Origin: a virus
Lineage: Duplodnaviria; Caudoviricetes
DNA: 64,000 bases
Reading direction: 5' to 3' (one strand)
Virus record (IMG/VR): IMGVR_UViG_3300035498_000319
Coordinates: 29,314-93,313 of that record
The position numbers and the translations under genes were made by a program. Below the pieces are notes generated by a model. That model was not told where the DNA came from. It saw only the letters and a program-made list of their open reading frames with translations, and did not search any database. This document shows, one piece after another, positions 29,975 to 40,688 of this stretch. Positions within the stretch are counted from its first letter, which is position 1, and each line of letters begins with the position of its first letter.

Positions 29975-32854
29975 ATGAAGAAAAATAACGCTAGTACAAA
30001 TGGTAGCAATGACCTCTCTAAATACGAAGAAAGTATTAAGAGCTATGGAAGCAAGATTAAGAAGCTTGAATTCGTAGAAGCAGTTAGAAGTCTACCAGGA
30101 ATGTATATAGGCGAGATTGGTAATAATGGATGGAAGTCATGTATTAGAGAGATCGCTCAGAATGCTTTTGATGAAGCTGTAAGAGAAGATTCTCCATGTA
30201 ATTATGTCGCTATCCATTTTAGTGAACAAGATCAATCTGCTATAGTATTTGATACTGGTAGAGGAGTTCCGCATGGAAAGATGAAAGAGATATACTCGGA
30301 AGCTCACTCTAGTTCTCATTATGAGAATACAGAGGGGAGTGATTATTCATCCGGCGTCCATGGAGTAGGCGCTGGTGTTGCTATGAGTCTATCTCAAGAT
30401 TTTATAGCTACTTCTTATGTACTCGGAGAAGCTCATGAGATAGTATTCCATGAAGGAAAACTTATTAAAGATGAACATAAGATTCCTTACTCGTCTATTA
30501 CTCCAAAAGATAGACAAGGAACCACTGTTCAAATGAAACCGGATTTAAGTATCATGGGTCCGGTTAATCTCACTTGTAATGAGATCTATTCCATGATAGC
30601 AAATATAGTTCCACTCTTACCGATAGGTACTACAGTGGACTTTAAAGGAGAAGATGCCTCTGGCAGATTAGCAATAGATGAAAGAATTGTTAATACAGAT
30701 GGCATCATGTCCTTCTTACAAAGAAGAGTTCGGACTCCATTGATACTTCCTGTCACATTTTCTTGTGATACGAAGATCATGAAAGCCGAAGCCGCTTTCA
30801 CTTATGACTCTACCGACTTAACGTCTGCGGAAGATATTATATCTTTCGCTAATTTCACACAGACAACCGGTGGTGGTACTCATGTGTCTGGTTTCTTAGA
30901 TGGTCTTTGCACCTATCTGAGAAATTACATGAATAAGATATATCTTAGTGAGAAATCTAAGTTATCTATCACCAGCAATGATATTAAGACTGGTCTTAAA
31001 TGTGTGATTAATGTAGACCATATCAACCCGATATTCATGGGTCAGTTCAAAGGAATCTTATCCAATAAAGATATGGAATCCTTTGTAAAGAAACTGACTA
31101 TGGATTCATTAGATCAATGGTCTAAGACGAGTCCTGGGGAATTACAGAAGTTATGTAAATTCCTCAAGGAGGTCGGAGAGATCCGAATGAAAAGCGAGGG
31201 AGAGAAGATAAAGCTCTCCGATAAATATACTTCTAGTAAGATTACTGGAAAACCTAAAGACTATGTACAGCCTTCTGGAAATAAAGGTCTAGAGTTATTC
31301 ATAGTCGAAGGTAAATCAGCTAAGGGACCAGCGACATCTGGACGAGATGTTGAACGGCAAGGTGTATTTCCCATTAGAGGAAAATTACCGAATGCTTTTA
31401 AAGAAAGCAGAGCTAAGTTCTTATCCAATCCTGAAGTTGCTGCAATCATTAGCTTAATCGGCGGAGGATACGGAAGAGATTTTGATATCTCTAAAGTGAA
31501 ATGGGATAAAGTAATATCCTTTGCTGATGCCGATGCGGATAAACCATGGGAGCTGTCCGCCTTATCAGAAATGGTAAGATAATAAACTTCTCTAATTGCT
31601 GGGAACTCTCTGAGGAGACAATCAGCAGCTAAGCAATATTATATAAAGAAAGGAAGTGATATTGAAAGTTCAACGACTATCGAAAGGGTAATCAGATGAA
31701 AAACTCTGATGAGTAACTAAGTAGAGTAGGATAATAAATCCGAAACGGGAAGCGTCTTACAGGTTAAGCTGAAGATGATGATATAGTCTATTCCTTATAG
31801 CGATATAAGGTATGTAAAAGAATCGAGTAAAGGTTCCCATATTGATTCTTTATTGCTTAGATTCATTCTGATGTATATGCCAGGATTGATCGAAGCAGGG
31901 AAATTCTATAGAGCTGTTCCACCTCTCTATGGAATTAAAGTAGGAAAAACGCAGAAGTATTTCACTTCTACGATTGATTTCACTAAGTATATTCAGGGTA
32001 TATTTATGAATAGATTTACTCTGACTGATATTAAGGATAAGAATATTACTAGAGCGCAAGCTACAGGAATCTTCTATAGAAATAGAAATTATGTAAGAGA
32101 TATAGAAATTATCTCTAGTACCTATGCTATAGATCCAGACTTGTTAGAAAGTGTGCTTTATGAGTTAGCTCCATATATAGTTTTAGGCTCTCGTGAGCTT
32201 ATCTGTAATATGGCAGCTAGGGCTAAAGCTATGCCCAAAAAGAAGGCTTCTTCTAAGAAGGATAAAGAGACTATTAAGAAAGCTAAGGGGAATAAGAATA
32301 TAGCTGTAAATGAAGATGAATTAGATGAGGAAGAAACCTTACTTCCGATTACAGATAATTCAGTACTTCAGCAAGCCGAGTTCTATATTAGTCCTGAATT
32401 TAGCTTTAGAAAGATGTCTAAGAATCTTAAGAAGAAGTATAGATTCCTTGAGCTAGAAAAGGTAAATGATACTATCTTGCTTAAGGGTCTAGTAAACTCT
32501 AGATATCAATATGTCTTCTTAAATGATAAATTCATTAATAGCTGTGTCGAGCTCTTAAATATTATTAAGAGTAATGACGAGTATTATAAGATTGATGGAA
32601 ATGCAGTGACTATATATGGTCTTATGAAGGCATTTGAAGCCATGCAACCGAGCGGTATTACAAGATATAAAGGTCTAGGTGAACAGAATCCGGACCAGCT
32701 TGGAGAATCTGCTATGAGGCCAGATGGCTATAGAACTCTTATCCGGTATACAATCGAATCTGCTAAAGAAGAGATTGAGAGTATTAGAGAAGTAGAGTCT
32801 AATATGTATTCTCTACTGAGGGAGCTCAAGGTGGACCGGAGCGAAGTAGAGTAA
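29975..32854 (+). CDS. gyrB: DNA gyrase/type IIA topoisomerase subunit B; exons 29975-31540 and 31832-32854 (about 862 aa)
   Basis: PGMYIG, E..N..DE, D.GRG.P, GVHGVG, GGTH, VEGKSA, PIRGK, DADAD|GSHI and RYKGLGE motifs. Confidence 0.93.
31541..31831 (+). mobile_element. group I intron 3 in the gyrB TOPRIM motif (291 nt, no ORF)
   Basis: P/Q/R/S motifs; exon GCGGAT pairs with GTCCGC (P1); ATGGGAGCT pairs with 3' exon GGTTCCCAT (P10); exact 3' splice site uncertain. Confidence 0.88.
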
Positions 32855-33024
32855 GAGAAAAGAGGGGTTATCTGCCCCTCTTTTTATTTTTCCTATGAAA
32901 TTGTAAAAGTCAATATTTTCAATTATATATTATATATATAGAAGAAGGAAATAATAATACATAATTCCTTACTTCGACCGTTCAAATATCCACCCATAAC
33001 CGTAATACACAGGAGGTACTTACA

Positions 33025-33525
33025 ATGTTGAACACTAATACGAGATTCCATGATTTTCAAGGCATGGATATGAGCGGAAAGACTCTGCACGGCGACTATA
33101 CAGGAGCGAATCTTAGAGGCGCAAACCTCGCATGTTCCCATCTGGAATGCATGATCTTAAAACTTGCAGTTTTGGAGAATGCGAATCTTAGAGGAGCTAA
33201 TCTCGAAGGCGCAGATCTTTCTAGCGCAAGAATGGGAAAGGCGGATCTGCTTAAAGCAAAACTAACAAGCGCTAATTTATTTAGCGCGGACTTAGCTGAT
33301 GCGAACCTTTCCTTAGTCGATTTGTCGGCTGCCAATTTAAAATGCGCAAATCTAAAAGGCGCTAATTTGAGAGGTGCAAACCTGAGAGGCGCAGATCTTT
33401 CTAGCGCCGATTTAACAGGTGCTAATTTAACAGGAGCCGATCTGACCGGCGCAAATCTAAAAGGCGCTAAAATCACGAATGCTAAAGGATTACCTTATCA
33501 GAAACCTGTCAAGCACATCTTCTAA
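33025..33525 (+). CDS. pentapeptide repeat protein
   Basis: Tandem A[DN]LxG/A pentapeptides over most of the length. Confidence 0.92.
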   Translation: MLNTNTRFHDFQGMDMSGKTLHGDYTGANLRGANLACSHLECMILKLAVLENANLRGANLEGADLSSARMGKADLLKAKLTSANLFSADLADANLSLVDLSAANLKCANLKGANLRGANLRGADLSSADLTGANLTGADLTGANLKGAKITNAKGLPYQKPVKHIF

Positions 33526-33555
33526 AAACCATCAAAATATATGGAGGTACTTGCA

Positions 33556-33831
33556 ATGCTGTTAAATTTCGACAAAACGAAATACGACCAGGTTATAAAT
33601 AATCACTATAATGGCGATCACTTGAGCTTTGCTCAAGATGATCGCAATATCGATAGCTTCGCATTCATTCGTGAGTATGCAAATGCTCATCCAGGAAGTC
33701 TGGAAACGAGCAGTCTGCTCATGATAGGCTATGTAAAAAGTCCGTTATCTGCCCCAGCATGGTGGAGCGATTTTATAGCACAGCTCAAGAAGAGCTGTGC
33801 ATCGCAAACACAGATGAAAAACTATTTCTGA
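33556..33831 (+). CDS. hypothetical protein
   Basis: GGAGGT RBS before ATG 33556. Confidence 0.7.
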   Translation: MLLNFDKTKYDQVINNHYNGDHLSFAQDDRNIDSFAFIREYANAHPGSLETSSLLMIGYVKSPLSAPAWWSDFIAQLKKSCASQTQMKNYF

Positions 33832-34046
33832 GGCAAATAAAGGGCGGTAATATGCCGCCCTTTATTTTTTTTGTAATTATTCTAAGATACTGATTATTGT
33901 CTATTATATATAAATTGTAAAAGTCGAAAATTTCAATTATATATTATATATGTAGAATAGGATATTGATATATCTATTCTCGCCTAGCAATGGTTAGGTG
34001 AAATATTCGACAGGCTCTAGTAAAGGGCCGGAAAGGACATAGTAGT

Positions 34047-34577
34047 ATGAAGGCAACATTTGTATTTTCGAAAAGCGAATTCGAAGGGATTAAAAAGTCC
34101 CTGGATAGTGTGATGAAGGAACCCATCACACTGGGTGGAATCGGGAAACGGAAACTCGAAAACGGCGACATAGCCTTTGATGGCGACAATATTACAGTCG
34201 CTATCGAAGAACCGGAAGAGGGAATCGTTTCCCTCTCCAAAAAAGCGGCCTGGATTATTGGGACGGTGATCCCGACCGTAAAAGCTGCAACTGAGACAGT
34301 AGTCTCAGCAATCTTTGGCCCCAAGGCCAAAGAGCTGATCGATCGGCTCAAAGAAATCGGGGTCAAGGATGACTTGATCCCCGATCTTCGGCAGCCGATC
34401 GAACAGGCAGTCGACTCAGCTCGTGCAAGCCGAGAGTATACCCGCCGCATATTGGTGGGAGAAAAAATTGGGCAACCTGAAGATATCGAGATTATTATCT
34501 CGACCAACTCTTCCTCGCCCGAATTGGGCAAAATAAAGTTGGACGGGATCGAGAGATCGATCCGCCGTCTGTATTAA
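34047..34577 (+). CDS. hypothetical protein, GC-richer than its neighbours
   Basis: Own early promoter and terminator. Confidence 0.7.
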   Translation: MKATFVFSKSEFEGIKKSLDSVMKEPITLGGIGKRKLENGDIAFDGDNITVAIEEPEEGIVSLSKKAAWIIGTVIPTVKAATETVVSAIFGPKAKELIDRLKEIGVKDDLIPDLRQPIEQAVDSARASREYTRRILVGEKIGQPEDIEIIISTNSSSPELGKIKLDGIERSIRRLY

Positions 34578-34716
34578 AAGATAAAGGCGGGCCAATTACC
34601 CGCCTTTTCTTTTTTATTATGAATTTATTTTTTCAAACGTAATACAAATAATTAATTGCATATAACGTCTACTCTATATGCTTTTAATACACCATGATTG
34701 TTTGGAGGAAAAGATT

Positions 34717-35181
34717 ATGAACAACAATCGAGACAATAATTCTTCTAGAGAACCTAAGAAGGATTGGCGCAAAAGAACTACCCATCAGCCTAATGGCCTT
34801 CCCAAGAATCTTCGTGTAGAGGTACCGGTATCTTGCTATGGTACTACGATGGATGGAAAGACCTATGAAGCTTCTAGTCTGTTTGATGTACTGGAAGACC
34901 TTCAGAAGAATGATACATTTGCAAAAGTATCTATTCCTGTATACATCTCAGCCAAGTATATTCATGATGATAAGGCTGCTGCTAAGTATAAGACTATCAT
35001 TGGTTATGTAAAGGACTTTGATCCTGATACTGCTACAATGGTATGTGTTATTTATACAAAGTCTATTAAGCTTTATCAGAAGATTCAAGAAGCTATCGTT
35101 TCTCCCCGTGTAGCAATTAAGAACGATAGATGTTCTTGTATTATCGGATTTGACATTGTTGAAAGAGAAGAAATCAAGTAA
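34717..35181 (+). CDS. hypothetical protein
   Basis: GGAGG RBS before ATG 34717. Confidence 0.7.
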   Translation: MNNNRDNNSSREPKKDWRKRTTHQPNGLPKNLRVEVPVSCYGTTMDGKTYEASSLFDVLEDLQKNDTFAKVSIPVYISAKYIHDDKAAAKYKTIIGYVKDFDPDTATMVCVIYTKSIKLYQKIQEAIVSPRVAIKNDRCSCIIGFDIVEREEIK

Positions 35182-35292
35182 ACAAATTTAGAGAGGGCTA
35201 TTAACAGCCCTCTCTATTAATATTTAAATCAATTACATATTATCTTAGTGTAAACCCTATAATAATTTCGACTATGATAAGGAGTGGTATAA

Positions 35293-38166
35293 ATGCCTGA
35301 AACGATATTAACACGTTCGTCTAGAGAGCAATTTAAAGACGACTATACAAGATATGCACTCTATACAACTTATAAGAGAGTACTATCTGATTTTAGAGAT
35401 GGGCTAAAACCTGTACAAAGAAGAATTCTATATGCAATGTATAAAAATTCTAATGCTGTTAATCATACGGTAAAATCAGCAGCAGTAGTCGGAGACTGTA
35501 TGAAATACTACCACGGCCATGGAGATTGTCTTTCCGGATATACTCTATTGTATAGCACAACTGGTGGCTATATAACCATTGAAGATGCATATAAGAAAGG
35601 CATCGAGAAGATGGATATTATAGCTGTAGATGTAAATACTGGTAAGACTGTTTCAGCAGTAGCAACCAATTTCAGAATTGGCCAGTATACTACCAAAGAA
35701 TATCGTGTACGGTTATCTACAGGATGTGCGATATCCGTTACTGGAAATCATCCGTTCTTAACGAAGGATATGAAATGGGTGATGGCCAAGGATCTTCAGG
35801 CTGGAACTCAGCTATATGCTAGAAATGTATGGACTATCGATTGCGAAGATTGGTGTGAACCATACGGATGGAAAACTGAAATTGGTGAGAAAAATGAAGT
35901 TACTGTACTTGGCGTATATACTGTAGATATGGTAGAAAAAACACCTTACTATGATTTTACGGTAGAAGGGGTAGAAAATATGATGATACCCGTTGCGCCG
36001 TATCTTGGGTATGGAGAGATTCCTATGATCTGCGTTCATAACAGCAGTATCTATGGCGCTATTAAGCCTATGGTAAACTGGTTTGAATGTAAAGTACCGC
36101 TTATAAAAGGCCAAGGGTCTTTCGGTAATCTTGAAGGCGATCAGGCTTCTCATATGCGATACACTGAATGTATGCTATCGAAGTTTTCTATTGATAATGT
36201 ATTAGGAGATTTGATGGATACTGATGAATCAGTAGACTGGATGGATAATTACTCCAATACTACTAAGGAACCAGAATATCTTCCGGTTAAACTTCCATTA
36301 TTGCTTATTAATGGAAGTCTTGGAATTGGAGTAGGATTAAGAGCTGATATCCCTGCTCATAATTTAGCGGAAGTGATAGATGCTACTATCACTCTTATGC
36401 ATAATCCGAATGCAGATGTAATTCTGGTTCCAGATCATTGCATGCCTTGTGAGATTTATAATACTGATTGGTCTAAGATCTCTAAGACTGGATTTGGTCA
36501 TTATAAGATTAGAGGTATTATCGATATCGAACCTTATAAAGGAAAGACTGCTTTAGTAATTAAGAGTGTTCCTGATCTTACATTTCTGAATAATATTAGT
36601 GATAAGCTTGAAGAGCTTGTTGAAAAGAAGAAGATTATTCAGATAGAGAATATGTATGATGAGTGTTCACCTACTCAGATGAGATTCGTTATAGTTCTTA
36701 AGAATGGAGCAGATCCCAATTATGTAAGGGATGTAATCTATAAGAATACTAAGATGGAGCAAACTTGTAGAATCAATTTTGAAACTCTTTATGGGTTTAA
36801 TCCTCTTAGAATGTCTTATAAATCCTATTTGCTTAGCTTCATTGATTTTAGAAAGAATACTAAGTTTAGAGTGTATACCAATATGCTCCAAAACATTCAG
36901 ACTAAGATTCATGAGAGAGAAGCATATATAGCAGTCTTGGAGTCTGGAGAGATTGATAAGATCATTCATATGATTAGAAAGCAGAAGTCTGTTGACGATA
37001 ATAGTTTGATTGATTATCTTATCAAGAAACTTAGTATAACGGATCTCCAAGCAAAGTATATTATCTATGCCGATCTTAGAAAGTTATCTATTGGCTATCT
37101 GAATAAGTATAAGGAAGAGGCTGTAGAGCTTAATAAGAGAAAGAAATACTATATGGATATCTTGCTTGATGAGAGAAAGATAGAAGCTGAGATAGAAGCT
37201 GAACTTCTCGATATTAAAGCAAAGTATGGATCACCTAGATTATGTAGAGTAATCGATAGTGTAGATGATTCTGATATTCCTAAGGGAATGATGCAAGTAG
37301 CTGTTACGGAAAAGAACTTCATTAAGAAAGTTCCGGAAGGATCTCCTATGGGTAATTTCCGTAATGATACTATCAGAACTCTTATCCATATGGATAACAC
37401 GGATAATATTCTTATCTTTGACGAGCAAGGAAAAGTATTTAAGTTAGCAGTTCATAAGATTCCTTTTGCAGATAAATCCTCTAATGGTACAGACATTAGA
37501 TATCTTATAAAGAATCTAACCGCTAATATTAACTGCATTATTCCTGAGTCTGTAGTGAAAGAACTGGCTAAGAAGGGAAGTCATAATAATAAGCATTATC
37601 TTATTACAATAACTAGAAGTGGTTTGTATAAGAGAATGGACTTAGATGACTTCACTACAGTTCCTAACTCTGGCATTCTATATGCTAAATTAGAGCAAGG
37701 AGATTATATTAAAGATATAATCATTGCTCACTCGAATTTCAATCTGATTGTATATTCAGATAGAAAGGCTACCTCGGTAAATGTAAATGATATTCCCTAT
37801 CTGAAGAGAAATACTAAGGGATCTAGATCTATCTATAATGCAGATATGGTCGATGGGCTCTGTGTAATTGATCAGACTAAGAGTGATATTATCGTAGTTA
37901 CTGAATCAGGTAGAGTGAATAGAATTCCTATTCTTGCTCTTCCAATAGAGTCTAAGAAGAGAGGATTCAATGTAATCAAATTATCTAGCACAGATAAGAT
38001 CAATAGTATTATGAGTGGTAATGAATCCAATATGGTTTGCGTTAAGACTCTTAATAACTATTATGAGATTCCTGTGAATACTATTAAGGTAGGAAGCTCT
38101 ATTAGCACTGGAGATAAATTAATCAGTGTTAAAGGAGATCAACTAATCCGTTGCTGGATTAAGTAA
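35293..38166 (+). CDS. gyrA: DNA gyrase subunit A containing a mini-intein
   Basis: DGLKPVQRRILYAM, VKSA.VVGD, HGHGD|S, catalytic MRYTE, P.LLING..GIGVG, HNL.EV and C-terminal repeats. Confidence 0.95.
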   Translation: MPETILTRSSREQFKDDYTRYALYTTYKRVLSDFRDGLKPVQRRILYAMYKNSNAVNHTVKSAAVVGDCMKYYHGHGDCLSGYTLLYSTTGGYITIEDAYKKGIEKMDIIAVDVNTGKTVSAVATNFRIGQYTTKEYRVRLSTGCAISVTGNHPFLTKDMKWVMAKDLQAGTQLYARNVWTIDCEDWCEPYGWKTEIGEKNEVTVLGVYTVDMVEKTPYYDFTVEGVENMMIPVAPYLGYGEIPMICVHNSSIYGAIKPMVNWFECKVPLIKGQGSFGNLEGDQASHMRYTECMLSKFSIDNVLGDLMDTDESVDWMDNYSNTTKEPEYLPVKLPLLLINGSLGIGVGLRADIPAHNLAEVIDATITLMHNPNADVILVPDHCMPCEIYNTDWSKISKTGFGHYKIRGIIDIEPYKGKTALVIKSVPDLTFLNNISDKLEELVEKKKIIQIENMYDECSPTQMRFVIVLKNGADPNYVRDVIYKNTKMEQTCRINFETLYGFNPLRMSYKSYLLSFIDFRKNTKFRVYTNMLQNIQTKIHEREAYIAVLESGEIDKIIHMIRKQKSVDDNSLIDYLIKKLSITDLQAKYIIYADLRKLSIGYLNKYKEEAVELNKRKKYYMDILLDERKIEAEIEAELLDIKAKYGSPRLCRVIDSVDDSDIPKGMMQVAVTEKNFIKKVPEGSPMGNFRNDTIRTLIHMDNTDNILIFDEQGKVFKLAVHKIPFADKSSNGTDIRYLIKNLTANINCIIPESVVKELAKKGSHNNKHYLITITRSGLYKRMDLDDFTTVPNSGILYAKLEQGDYIKDIIIAHSNFNLIVYSDRKATSVNVNDIPYLKRNTKGSRSIYNADMVDGLCVIDQTKSDIIVVTESGRVNRIPILALPIESKKRGFNVIKLSSTDKINSIMSGNESNMVCVKTLNNYYEIPVNTIKVGSSISTGDKLISVKGDQLIRCWIK
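35527..36042 (+). mobile_element. mini-intein (172 aa, no endonuclease)
   Basis: Starts CLSGYT; block B VTGNHPFLT; block F YYDFTVEG; ends CVHN followed by Ser. Confidence 0.93.
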
Positions 38167-38228
38167 GTTAATAAGAGGGTCTTATATTAAGACCCTCTTA
38201 AATTATATAATAAAGGAGTTTATATACT

Positions 38229-38534
38229 ATGAAAGTAAAAGACATGTGCGAGAAATTATTAGAAATGATGTGCGTATCAGAAAAGGATGCATCTTTAGTA
38301 GATATCTGTATCGCAAATGCAGATGAGGATGATACTCCACTTCATATAATGTCTATCGAAGAGGCTAAAAATAGGTTTGGAACTAGAGAAGGAAAGCTTG
38401 GATGTGACATTATTCCTATAAATAAATATACCGGTGATGTAGAGGAAAATTTTGATGATGTGGCTGAGTTTGAAGATTATGCCTGCCTATATATTTCTAT
38501 ACACAGAATCGATCCTATTGAGTTCCATAAATAA
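38229..38534 (+). CDS. hypothetical protein
   Basis: AAGGAG RBS. Confidence 0.7.
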   Translation: MKVKDMCEKLLEMMCVSEKDASLVDICIANADEDDTPLHIMSIEEAKNRFGTREGKLGCDIIPINKYTGDVEENFDDVAEFEDYACLYISIHRIDPIEFHK

Positions 38535-38806
38535 GGGAGAAAAGAGAGAGCTTTAAGCTCTCTCTTAAATTTCTTAACTATAGAATAATCAAGTTCCAAA
38601 TCAATCATCCTACAGACAAGAAACTTCTCCGAAGAAAAACGCCGACCAAAAATCAGACATAATTCTCCTAGATCAATGATTTACAATGATGTTAGGATTT
38701 TGTTAAATATAATCCTAAGATCAAGGTTAATAGATATCTCAATCATATACTATATATGTGATTTAGATATAAATTATTTATAAACCATTTGAAGGAGGAA
38801 ATTAAA

Positions 38807-39343
38807 ATGGTTGAATTAATCGATGAAACTTATGTAGCAACCAGATCTTTTTATTCATTCTATCTGGAAATGGTAAGAAACATGTATCCTATACATGAAG
38901 TAAATATCGTTTTCAAAGATGGTAATGAGATCGTATGCAAAGCAAATATTCATGGGGACAGCGATGGAAGTGCTGGCCCGCATGATGCAAGATTAAAGAT
39001 GTTTACTAAAGATCCTAAAAAGAATTTTGTAATACCGGTAAATACAGATACAAAGCATATTAGAATGGAAAAGATGAAGTCTGTAAATAAAACTAAATAC
39101 ACCGATAAAGAAAACAAAATTTATATGGACTATGGACCAGCGTTTTCAGTATTTGCTGCTGGAGAAATCAGAAATCATAAAGAAAATGCTAATGATGAAA
39201 CAGCAGAAGCTATAAAGCTTTGTGAGCCGAAATTTAACAATCTGGATCGCAAAACAAAAGAAAGACTTGCTGATGTAGCTTTTGGAAGAAGAGATTACAG
39301 TGAGGTAAAAGCTGAAATTAGGAGGGCAAAGAGAAGAAAATGA
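38807..39343 (+). CDS. hypothetical protein
   Basis: AAGGAGG RBS before ATG 38807; early-type motif. Confidence 0.7.
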   Translation: MVELIDETYVATRSFYSFYLEMVRNMYPIHEVNIVFKDGNEIVCKANIHGDSDGSAGPHDARLKMFTKDPKKNFVIPVNTDTKHIRMEKMKSVNKTKYTDKENKIYMDYGPAFSVFAAGEIRNHKENANDETAEAIKLCEPKFNNLDRKTKERLADVAFGRRDYSEVKAEIRRAKRRK

Positions 39344-39915
39344 AATATTTAGATAAATTAAAAGTGTACAAAGGAGATGTATATACATCTTCAAAAGGAA
39401 ACAAATTCAACACGTTTATCGAGGCGGTTCAAGATTCATCTCCAGATGAAGATGGTATGATATATATCTGCATTGAGAATGAATCTGCTAGTAATATAGA
39501 GCCCAAGACAATCGACCATCTTATCGATTGTCTTGGGAGAAATGAGTTTGCAAAAGAGAGATATGTATATGTCTCTCCAGAAAAAGATGAGATATACGCA
39601 GAACACTTCTTACTGGGAAGATCGGATTATTTCTTTGATTACGGATTCTTATTTGGAGACGTAAAGCATTATCCAGAACACTCAGTACTAAAATCTACGT
39701 TATATCCAGGAAAAGATATTATTATAGTTTTTAATATTGGACTTTTATCTGGAGAAAATAAAGAAAGCTATCAATCCAAAGAAGCCATACTGAATAAAGA
39801 ACAAAAATATCAGCAATGTGATATCAATCTTTATTACCAAATGGCAACATGCTTTGGTCCAAATGGAGAGATTTGGAATTGGGAGTTCTGTCCCGGTTCT
39901 ACTCTATACGAATAA
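39340..39915 (+). CDS. hypothetical protein, paralog of 40689-41336
   Basis: Shares KYxDKLK, SPxKDEIYxEHF, DYxFxFG and KSxLYP. Confidence 0.75.
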   Translation: MKYLDKLKVYKGDVYTSSKGNKFNTFIEAVQDSSPDEDGMIYICIENESASNIEPKTIDHLIDCLGRNEFAKERYVYVSPEKDEIYAEHFLLGRSDYFFDYGFLFGDVKHYPEHSVLKSTLYPGKDIIIVFNIGLLSGENKESYQSKEAILNKEQKYQQCDINLYYQMATCFGPNGEIWNWEFCPGSTLYE

Positions 39916-39933
39916 TTTTAGGGAGATTATATC

Positions 39934-40677
39934 ATGTATACGCTTGAACATCGAAACACAGTAAAATTCTATTGCTCTACTGAGAGTAAGAATGTTATAT
40001 ACGGATCACTTAATGATTTAACGGAAAGTATTAGAAATATGTCTACTGCCCATTATCACATTGTCTATTCTTTTCCGCTAACTATAGAAAAAGTGCCAGA
40101 GTTTGATAAGTATATTTCTCGTATAAAAGAAACAGGTGAGCTTGCCACATTTTCAACAGCAAAATTACTTGATTTCGCTGATAGACGAGAAATCATTCTA
40201 GATCATGATATGAATATTGTAGCAGATTATCTTCATTATGATGGACATACGTTCTATTATAATGGAAATACAAAAGCTGCCAAATATGTCGGTTGCATTG
40301 ATGATATGGATGATGTTGTAGATAAAGATGATCTGCAAAATATCAATCTATTAAATGTAACAAGCAGTTCTATCTATGAATGTTTCGGTATCATGACTAG
40401 ATCTTTAAAAGAATTAGTATACGAGGTGATGACTAAATTCGAGAATGTAGCAGGAAGAACGAGCAATATAGAAGTAAGATGCTATAATCCTTTAGCTTCA
40501 GGACTTGATGTATTAGATACCGATAATCTAGCGTGTAAAGCGGAAAAAGCCAGAGTCAGGTATCTGACGTTTTCAGGCGGATTTGAAGTTTTAAAGAGTG
40601 AATGGTTCTCGTTAGATGCTGCTGAACCTATAAATGCATCTTATGAATATACCAGAGATTATATAGATACACTTTAA
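39934..40677 (+). CDS. hypothetical protein
   Basis: 247 aa ORF in operon. Confidence 0.7.
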   Translation: MYTLEHRNTVKFYCSTESKNVIYGSLNDLTESIRNMSTAHYHIVYSFPLTIEKVPEFDKYISRIKETGELATFSTAKLLDFADRREIILDHDMNIVADYLHYDGHTFYYNGNTKAAKYVGCIDDMDDVVDKDDLQNINLLNVTSSSIYECFGIMTRSLKELVYEVMTKFENVAGRTSNIEVRCYNPLASGLDVLDTDNLACKAEKARVRYLTFSGGFEVLKSEWFSLDAAEPINASYEYTRDYIDTL

Positions 40678-40688
40678 GGAGTTTAAAG

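Noticed and set aside
29975-31582. Naturally split or pseudogenised gyrB
   Set aside because: The gap contains a complete group I intron core with matching P1 and P10.
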